Of a stretch of 64,000 bases of DNA, positions 57,379 through 64,000 are shown one piece after another. A program made the translations under genes and the position numbers. The notes beneath the pieces were generated by a model that ran no database searches, was not told the DNA's origin, and saw only the letters and a program-made list of their open reading frames with translations. Origin of the DNA: Chitinophagales bacterium (GTDB lineage Bacteria; Bacteroidota; Bacteroidia; Chitinophagales; LD1); the NCBI GenBank assembly GCA_026129525.1, contig JAHCHW010000010.1:68840-132839 (forward strand). Reading direction: 5' to 3'. The stretch's first letter is position 1, and the number at the start of each line of letters is the position of its first letter.

Positions 57379-58587
57379 ATGCTTTTTTTACGTTGCTACG
57401 CAAAAGTTACCGATTGGATTTTTGAACTCTTTAATCAGGCGCCTGCTGCCGACTATCGTTTTCTACCGGTTTTCACCTACGGTTTTTGGGTGGCAGTTGG
57501 TTTTTTCTCGGCTGCTACACTCGCTACTTTAGAAATGCGGAGAAGAGAAAGGATGGGATTACTGCCGGGCGAAGAAAAAGAAACAACCATAGGCGAAGCG
57601 CCCAAACCAAGCGAAACAGCTTTTTATTTCGCTTTCGGCTTTCTAATCTTCTTTAAGTTGGTTGGCATGGTGGTGTATCAACCGCTGTTGAGCACCTATC
57701 AGCTTTCATTAAGCAACTATATGCTTTCGCTCACACATGGAAGTTGGATAGCCGGAATTTTAGGCGGAGCCGCATTTGCTTACTACTTCCATTCATCGAA
57801 AAAGAAAGAACAACTGCCCAAGCCCGAGGTTAGAAAGATAAAAGTTTATCCGTCCGATAACATGGGCGATTTGGTAGTAATTGCAGCCGTGCTCGGCATA
57901 TTGGGAGCAGTGTTGTTCAACTTCTTCGAAAGCACCCAAAGCTTCGACAGCTTTTTGCAAGACCCTGTCGGCTTTATTACCAGCGGGCTTTCGGTGTATG
58001 GAGGGCTAATATGTGCCGGTGCCGGATTTTGGCTGTATGCGCGCAAAAAGAAAATTCCTTACGGGCATTTTTTCGATTCCATTGCTCCGGGTTTTATGCT
58101 TGCCAACGGCATTGGTCGCCTTGGTTGCCAAACAGCGGGTGATGGCGACTGGGGTATTGTAAACCTTGCACCCAAACCCGGATGGTTGCCGCAATGGATG
58201 TGGAGCAGCAGCTATGAACACAATATTATTAACGAAGGGGAACTGATTCCAAACTGCATCGAAGAACACTGCTACCGGTTGGCTGAGCCGGTTTATCCCA
58301 CGCCCATTTACGAGTTTATTATGTGCGCGGCTGTGTTTCTTATACTGTGGAGTTTGCGAAAAAAACTGACCACCATGCCCGGTATGGTGTTCGCGTTGTT
58401 TATGGTGTTAATAGGCATACAGCGCTTTGCTATTGAACAATGGAGAGCCGTTTCGGACAGAGAACTGTATCATGTTTTCGGAATGGCATTAAAACAAAGC
58501 GAGCTTATCTCCGTCATTCTATTTGTTATAGGAACCGCTTTTACGGTTTACCTTTGGAACCATTACAAAAAACTGTCGCGCACATGA
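57379..58587 (+). CDS. lgt: Prolipoprotein diacylglyceryl transferase (long form)
   Basis: 402 aa polytopic membrane protein. YGGLICAG...GIGRLGC block and C-terminal IQRFAIEQWR. Confidence 0.8.
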   Translation: MLFLRCYAKVTDWIFELFNQAPAADYRFLPVFTYGFWVAVGFFSAATLATLEMRRRERMGLLPGEEKETTIGEAPKPSETAFYFAFGFLIFFKLVGMVVYQPLLSTYQLSLSNYMLSLTHGSWIAGILGGAAFAYYFHSSKKKEQLPKPEVRKIKVYPSDNMGDLVVIAAVLGILGAVLFNFFESTQSFDSFLQDPVGFITSGLSVYGGLICAGAGFWLYARKKKIPYGHFFDSIAPGFMLANGIGRLGCQTAGDGDWGIVNLAPKPGWLPQWMWSSSYEHNIINEGELIPNCIEEHCYRLAEPVYPTPIYEFIMCAAVFLILWSLRKKLTTMPGMVFALFMVLIGIQRFAIEQWRAVSDRELYHVFGMALKQSELISVILFVIGTAFTVYLWNHYKKLSRT

Positions 58588-59963
58588 ATGTTGATGAAGA
58601 AGTAGCCACCGCTAAAAAAGTTGCTCCTCCCGAACCCAAGTATAAGCACTGGCTGTTTGGCAGCGGGTATGCCATGCGTAACAATGCACATTTAGAAGTA
58701 GTGCGCTTAGTGGAAGAATGCGGTGAAATTTTTACGCTTACCCTACCCTTTACCCGTATTGTAGTAGCAGCCAAACCCGAATATGCAAGGCATGTGTTGG
58801 TAGAGAATAACAAAAACTACCGCAAAAGTTTAGCATACGATATGCTCAAAATACTATTGGGCAACGGACTGCTAACCAGCGAAGGCGACTTTTGGCGTAA
58901 ACAACGAAGACTCATACAACCGGCTTTCAGTAAACAAAAGTTAGCCGCGCTCACCGCCATGATGGTAAATCGCTCGCAAATGGAAGCAGAGCGCATTGTC
59001 GGTTTGGCAAAAACAGGCGAGTACTTTGATGTTACCAACGATATGACCGCGCTTACGCTCGATATTATTTCCGAAGCAATTTTCAGCAGCGGTATTGACG
59101 GGCAGGAAGATTTTGTGGCAAAGCAAATTACCCTGCTCAATCAAATGGCAACCGAAAAGTTGAACGCTCCTATTCGCCTGCCCCAAAATTTGCCTACACC
59201 GTTCAACATGAAAGAAAAGCGGGTGGTAAAGTCATTGGACGATGTAATTTATTCCATCATCAACAAGCGCAGAAAAGAAGGTGTTTCTAAAAACGATTTG
59301 CTTTCGATGCTGTTAGACGTACGCGATGAAGATACCGGTGAAGCCATGGACAACCAACAACTGCGCGATGAGGTAATGACCATTTTTATTGCCGGCAACG
59401 AAACCACTGCCAATGCCATGTCGTGGATATTGTACCTGCTTTCGCAAAATCCGGAGCAGGAAGCGCTGATGATGAAAGAGATTGATGAAAAGTTAGATGC
59501 AGGAGTAGAACTTACTTTCGAGAACATTATGCAGTTCCAGTACGTGCGTATGGTAATTGACGAAAGCCTTCGCCTTTTTCCGCCTGCATGGATGGTGGGC
59601 AGAAGAAACTACGAGGACGATGAAATTGGCGGCTACCATATTCAAAAGGGAACCAATGTGCTTATGCCTATTTGGTATTTCCATCGCAGCGAAAAATTTT
59701 GGGACGAGCCGCTGAAATTTAAACCCGAACGCTTTGCTCCTGAAAAACGCAATCAAATTGACCGCTTTGTATATTTTCCCTTTGGCGGTGGACCTCGCCT
59801 GTGTATAGGTAACAACTTTGCCCTGCTCGAAATGCAGATAATTCTGATTTCGCTTTACCGCAAATTCCGTTTTGAACTAAAACCCGGTTTTATGGTAGAA
59901 CCAGAGCCGCTTATTACCCTTCGTCCTAAATACGGTATGGTGATGAAGGCAGTGGAGCGATAA
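58584..59963 (+). CDS. Cytochrome P450
   Basis: Start at ATG 58584 (ATGA overlap with the lgt stop). Heme-binding loop FGGGPRLCIGNNFA, ExxR (ESLR), I-helix AGNETTA. Confidence 0.9.
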   Translation: MNVDEEVATAKKVAPPEPKYKHWLFGSGYAMRNNAHLEVVRLVEECGEIFTLTLPFTRIVVAAKPEYARHVLVENNKNYRKSLAYDMLKILLGNGLLTSEGDFWRKQRRLIQPAFSKQKLAALTAMMVNRSQMEAERIVGLAKTGEYFDVTNDMTALTLDIISEAIFSSGIDGQEDFVAKQITLLNQMATEKLNAPIRLPQNLPTPFNMKEKRVVKSLDDVIYSIINKRRKEGVSKNDLLSMLLDVRDEDTGEAMDNQQLRDEVMTIFIAGNETTANAMSWILYLLSQNPEQEALMMKEIDEKLDAGVELTFENIMQFQYVRMVIDESLRLFPPAWMVGRRNYEDDEIGGYHIQKGTNVLMPIWYFHRSEKFWDEPLKFKPERFAPEKRNQIDRFVYFPFGGGPRLCIGNNFALLEMQIILISLYRKFRFELKPGFMVEPEPLITLRPKYGMVMKAVER

Positions 59964-60067
59964 TTCTCTTAACTTTCTTTTCCACAACCTACAACGGTCT
60001 CTTTACTGACTTCATCTTGTATCATATCATTTTTCTACTTTTAAGCCGTCACTACTAACGACACTTT

Positions 60068-63000
60068 ATGAAAAAACTGTACCTGCGTTCGGCAACATGG
60101 TTTGCATCAATGCTGTTTTGCCTATCGTTAATTGCCCAACAATGCGATGTTATTTATGTAACGCCCAACGGCACCGGAAACGGCAGCCGCACCAATCCAA
60201 CTAACCTCATCAATGGATTAAGCATGGTAACTTCTACCGCCAATCGTTTGTGGTTAGCTGTAGGTGTTTACAACGTAAACAATGAGATATCTTTAGTGAA
60301 CAACGTAACTATTGAAGGCGGGTTTGACCCCGTTACATGGGTTAAGAGCAATACGCCTGCAACAGTTATTCATCGCACCAACGGCAACCTGCTTCCTCCT
60401 CCCGCCAATGCAACAGGTATTTTTATGGGATTGAATGTATCGGGCTTTCGCTTGCAGGATCTAACACTTGAAATGGATATTCCAAATGGCGTAGCATCAA
60501 CCGCTTATGGAATTTACTTAAATGGATGCAGCAACTACAATATTGTTCGTTGCCATGTTACTTCGGCAGCAGGAACTCCCGGTGCAGCGGGTGTTGCGGG
60601 TGCTCCCGGTATTCCAGGTGCCCCGGGTGCCAACGGGTTACCCGGTTGCCACGAAGGCTGTATTCCCAATGGAGGTGCAGGTGGAGCTGGCGGTGGAGGA
60701 ACCAACAACGGAGGAAATGGCGGCACGGGTGGAAAATGGGCAAATTATGCTCCTGCCAACGGACAGGTAGGCAGTTGCGGAGCAGCCGGTGGTGTAAGAG
60801 GAACCGGTCCTTCGTGCGGATGTGGTGTATTCGGCACAAGCCAAAACAATAGTTGCTCCGGAACGGCACCTACAGCCGGACAAGTCGGTACTGCCGGTGC
60901 TGCCGGTATTGCGGGTGCAGCCGGTCCGGCAGGCACAGTTTCGTTTCCCGGATATTTTGTTCCGGGCGCGCAAGCCGGCAATGGAACTTCCGGTGTTGAC
61001 GGATGCGGTGGCGGTGGCGGTGGCGGTGGTGGTGGCAGGCAGCAAAACGGCAACGATGATGTAGGTGGAAGCGGTGGCGGTGGCGGTGGTGGCGGTGGTG
61101 GCGGTGGTGGCGGAACCGGAGGCTTTGGCGGTGGCGGTTCGTTTGCTGTATTTCTTTACAATAATGGTGCCGGAGGTAACATTGTTGATTGCAACTTGAT
61201 AGCCGGACCCGGTGGTGCAGGTGGCACTGGCGGAGCAGGAGCAGCAGGTGGGGCAGGTGGTGCCGGAGGTACGGGTGGTCCGGGCGGTCCTTACATTAGT
61301 TGCGGATTTGCAACGGGAGCCTCGGGCGGTGCAGGTGGCGCGGGCGGTGCAGGCGGTGCAGGCGGCAACGGTGCACCGGGCATGAGTCAGGCGCTTTATG
61401 TAAACGGCACGGCTCCCAATCAATCAAACATTACATCTGTTCCGGGCAATCCTCCCGTAATTAGTGTTCTTAATTACGGTTGTACCAATGCTGAAGTTGT
61501 ATTTACCGCACCGTCCTCAGGAAGTTGGAATTTTGGTACAGGCGCTTCTCCCGCAACGGCAACGGGCAGTGGTCCGGTTTCGGTTATGTATGGAACAACA
61601 GGGCGAAAAACCATCACCTTTAGCGGTACCACCTTTACCGATTTCGTTGATATTTTCAGTGCACAAGGTGCAAGCAATACTATTACCCATGTAAATAATC
61701 CGGCAATAACAGGTTGCCCCGATACGTTTAAAACAACCTTAACGGGCAGTTTATACGAGTGGAATTTTGGACCTTCCGCAATACCACCTATTGCGGTTGG
61801 TGCAACTTTGCAAAACGCTCCGGTGGTGTTTACCGCTCCTGGCACCTACACCGTGGTGCTTTGGGTAACCACAGCTTGTTGCGGAAAGGTGAAAGACTCT
61901 CTCACTGTTACCGTACAACCAAATACGCTCAACATCAACTTGGCTGCATCTACCAATAATATTTGTGCAGGACAGCCTATTACTTACACAGCAACCCCTT
62001 CGGGTTATTTGGCATATTCGTTTATCATCAACAATACACCTATTCAAAATTCTCCTTCCAATACATTTACCACAACGGCACTTAATCCGGGCGATAGTGT
62101 AACGGTATTAGGTTTTGATGGCATCTGCTTTACCAATCCGAGCTCTACCCATCATCCTGTAGTTACGCCAATTCCATCAGTAACAGTAAGCAGTTCCGAT
62201 GCCGATAATACGATTTGCGAGGGCGATGCCATTACTTTTACAGCATCGCCATCCGGCTATGCCACCTACAACTTTTTTGCGAATGGGGTACAGCAACAAA
62301 CGTCAGTTGCTGACAATTGGAATACTACCGGCTTAACACCGCCTTCGGTAACTGTTCATGCAGTAGCTATAGAAAACGGTTGCTCAAGCCCACCAAGCAA
62401 CAATATTGTAGTAACGGTAAATCCTACACCAACTCTATCGCTAAGCGCATCGCCAAATCCTTCTTGCGATGGTGATAACGTAACTTTAACTGCAACACCT
62501 ACAGGTTTAGACAACTACGACTTTACGGTGAATACGGCATCAGTGCAAAATACTTCAAGCAACACCTACTCTTCGGCATTTTTTAATAGTGGCGATGCCG
62601 TGCAGGTTTCCGGCTCGCTGAACGGATGCCCGGCAGTACCAAGTTCAACCGTAACCATTACCGTAAACCCGATACCGAGCGTAACACTCAGCAGCAGCGA
62701 TGCCAACGACTCTATTTGCCAGGGCGATATGGTTACGTTTACTGCAACGCCTTCGGGTATGAACAACTATCAGTTCTTTAATGGAATCTCCTCAGTGCAA
62801 AACGGAACCTCATCAACCTTCTCCACTAATCTTCTTTTGCCCGGCAACAGCATTACGGTGGTTGCTACAAACTTGGGATGTGTTAGCCCTCCAAGTAATG
62901 CCATAAGTACATTCGTACAGCCCGCTCCTGTAGTAAATGCAGGCAGCGATATGGCTTCGTGTATTGATGCAGGCACTGCTACACTCACAGGCTTCTCCCC

Positions 63001-64000
63001 TGCAGGTGGTAACTGGACGGGCAACGGTATTACTTCACCAACTGGAACGTTCGACCCTCAAACAGCCGGAGCAGGAACACATTCTTTAGTTTATTCGTAC
63101 ACCGACCCGGCAGTTGGTTGTGCCGGATTAGACAGCATTAATTTTATAGTACATCCGTTACCTCTACCTGTAGTGCAGAGTACTATTGACATTTGCGAAA
63201 CACAAAGTGCACAACTTACAGCTACGGGTGGAGTAAGCTACGCTTGGAGTCCATCAGCCGATTTAAGTAATGCAAACATTGCTAACCCAATGGCTTCGCC
63301 TACACAAGGCACTACTTATACAGTAACTGTTACCGACCAAAACAATTGCAGCAACACCGCCACCACAACAGTTAACGTAAACCCTCGCCCCGATGCTGAT
63401 TTTTCTTCTACACAAGTGTGTGCAGGTACAGCAACAGTGTTTACCAATCTTACTAATCCTTCAGCGGGCAGTTATGTATGGAATTTCGGAACCGGAGCAA
63501 CATCTGCCAACAGCAATCCTCAGCACACTTACAATTCCGGAGGCAGTTATCAGGTAACTTTAATTGCACAGTTGGGAAACTGTTATGATACTGTAACTAA
63601 AACAACTGTAGTAAATCCTGCTGCCGTAGCGGCATTCGATGCTTCGCCTTTAGAAGCATACAACGAAAGCGGCTCGCCCATCAACTTCCACAACCAATCG
63701 CAAAACTCCGACAACTGGCTGTGGGATTTTGGCGACCAAAATACTTCAGTTGTTCAATCGCCTTCGCATGTGTACAGCGAGCCGGGGGTTTACACTGTAA
63801 CCTTAATAGCAAGTAACCAGTTTGGTTGCAGCGATACCGCAACGCGTACCGACTACATCAAAATCAATCAACTGCCCAAGGCATTTATCCCGAATGCCTT
63901 TTCGCCTAATGGTGACGGCAACAACGATGTGCTGTTTGTATTTACACAGGGCACTAAATATTTTGAATGGAAGATTTTTAACCGCTGGGGCGAAAAGGTT
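60068..64000 (+). CDS. Giant adhesin (3'-truncated by the window) with collagen-like and poly-Gly region, Ig/PKD repeats and T9SS type-B C-terminal domain
   Basis: Absent from the ORF track. I translated every codon from ATG 60068 (MKKLYLRSATWFASMLFCLSLIAQQ) to 64000 and found no stop in the 1310 complete codons. Near the end, PNAFSPNGDGNNDVLFVF...IFNRWGEKV is the type-B CTD. PKD-like WNFGTGA/WDFGDQN modules are present. Confidence 0.85.
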   Translation, partial: MKKLYLRSATWFASMLFCLSLIAQQCDVIYVTPNGTGNGSRTNPTNLINGLSMVTSTANRLWLAVGVYNVNNEISLVNNVTIEGGFDPVTWVKSNTPATVIHRTNGNLLPPPANATGIFMGLNVSGFRLQDLTLEMDIPNGVASTAYGIYLNGCSNYNIVRCHVTSAAGTPGAAGVAGAPGIPGAPGANGLPGCHEGCIPNGGAGGAGGGGTNNGGNGGTGGKWANYAPANGQVGSCGAAGGVRGTGPSCGCGVFGTSQNNSCSGTAPTAGQVGTAGAAGIAGAAGPAGTVSFPGYFVPGAQAGNGTSGVDGCGGGGGGGGGGRQQNGNDDVGGSGGGGGGGGGGGGGGTGGFGGGGSFAVFLYNNGAGGNIVDCNLIAGPGGAGGTGGAGAAGGAGGAGGTGGPGGPYISCGFATGASGGAGGAGGAGGAGGNGAPGMSQALYVNGTAPNQSNITSVPGNPPVISVLNYGCTNAEVVFTAPSSGSWNFGTGASPATATGSGPVSVMYGTTGRKTITFSGTTFTDFVDIFSAQGASNTITHVNNPAITGCPDTFKTTLTGSLYEWNFGPSAIPPIAVGATLQNAPVVFTAPGTYTVVLWVTTACCGKVKDSLTVTVQPNTLNINLAASTNNICAGQPITYTATPSGYLAYSFIINNTPIQNSPSNTFTTTALNPGDSVTVLGFDGICFTNPSSTHHPVVTPIPSVTVSSSDADNTICEGDAITFTASPSGYATYNFFANGVQQQTSVADNWNTTGLTPPSVTVHAVAIENGCSSPPSNNIVVTVNPTPTLSLSASPNPSCDGDNVTLTATPTGLDNYDFTVNTASVQNTSSNTYSSAFFNSGDAVQVSGSLNGCPAVPSSTVTITVNPIPSVTLSSSDANDSICQGDMVTFTATPSGMNNYQFFNGISSVQNGTSSTFSTNLLLPGNSITVVATNLGCVSPPSNAISTFVQPAPVVNAGSDMASCIDAGTATLTGFSPAGGNWTGNGITSPTGTFDPQTAGAGTHSLVYSYTDPAVGCAGLDSINFIVHPLPLPVVQSTIDICETQSAQLTATGGVSYAWSPSADLSNANIANPMASPTQGTTYTVTVTDQNNCSNTATTTVNVNPRPDADFSSTQVCAGTATVFTNLTNPSAGSYVWNFGTGATSANSNPQHTYNSGGSYQVTLIAQLGNCYDTVTKTTVVNPAAVAAFDASPLEAYNESGSPINFHNQSQNSDNWLWDFGDQNTSVVQSPSHVYSEPGVYTVTLIASNQFGCSDTATRTDYIKINQLPKAFIPNAFSPNGDGNNDVLFVFTQGTKYFEWKIFNRWGEKV
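61007..61114 (+). repeat. GGY triplet tandem repeats encoding Gly10 and Gly14 runs
   Basis: 61007-61036 is (GGT/GGC)x10. 61073-61114 is 14 Gly codons, including three perfect 9-nt units ggcggtggt (61082-61108). Confidence 0.9.

Noticed and set aside
60522-61845. A stack of ORFs on both strands in the track (for example 60638..61423 minus, 261 aa; 60745..61053 minus with a poly-Pro run; 60526..60852 plus).
   Set aside because: They all lie inside the GGN-rich part of the real plus-strand adhesin ORF. The repeat composition simply removes stop codons from other frames. Their products are low-complexity (poly-Pro, Thr/Ala/Cys-rich) and have no start context.

Overview
This 64 kb window looks like a Bacteroidota chromosome segment. 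The evidence is five type IX secretion (T9SS) cargo proteins, a PorP/SprF gene, TAnnTTTG promoter motifs just upstream of gene starts, and an rpmB-rpmG-DUF4295-ftsY cluster. Most of it is tightly packed housekeeping: pyrG, bshC, rimO, ftsY, purK/purE, coaE, yajC, rpsP-rimM-trmD, infC, pnp, rpsO, ribH, pckA, pruA, rseP, csp, mnmA, lgt and a P450. The window is bracketed by two giant T9SS type-B adhesins. The right-hand one (60068..>64000) is absent from the supplied ORF track because it runs off the window; I translated it by hand and the frame is open throughout. There is no rRNA and no CRISPR array, and I found one tRNA (Met, CAU). The accessory or unusual parts are: (1) an insertion hotspot at 33.75-34.5 kb, holding a 297-bp MITE-like element with 14-bp terminal inverted repeats and a 6-bp TAACCA duplication, next to a small GIY-YIG nuclease ORF wedged between the intact tRNA-Met and a tRNA-derived remnant, with the tRNA 3' end and terminator hairpin duplicated about 332 bp apart; (2) a RelE/ParE-type toxin gene inactivated by one in-frame TAG, beside an intact upstream partner ORF; (3) a REP-associated tyrosine transposase (RAYT) flanked by two near-identical nested-palindrome hairpins, with a third copy in frame inside its own ORF; (4) a GC-rich collagen-like and poly-glycine segment inside the right-hand adhesin, built from slippage-prone GGY triplet repeats; (5) an orphan SPPF-type DNA methyltransferase with inverted motif order, and an EVE / unknown / UDG-like / J-domain gene run. 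All functional calls come from reading the translations and recalling family signatures. No database search was run.
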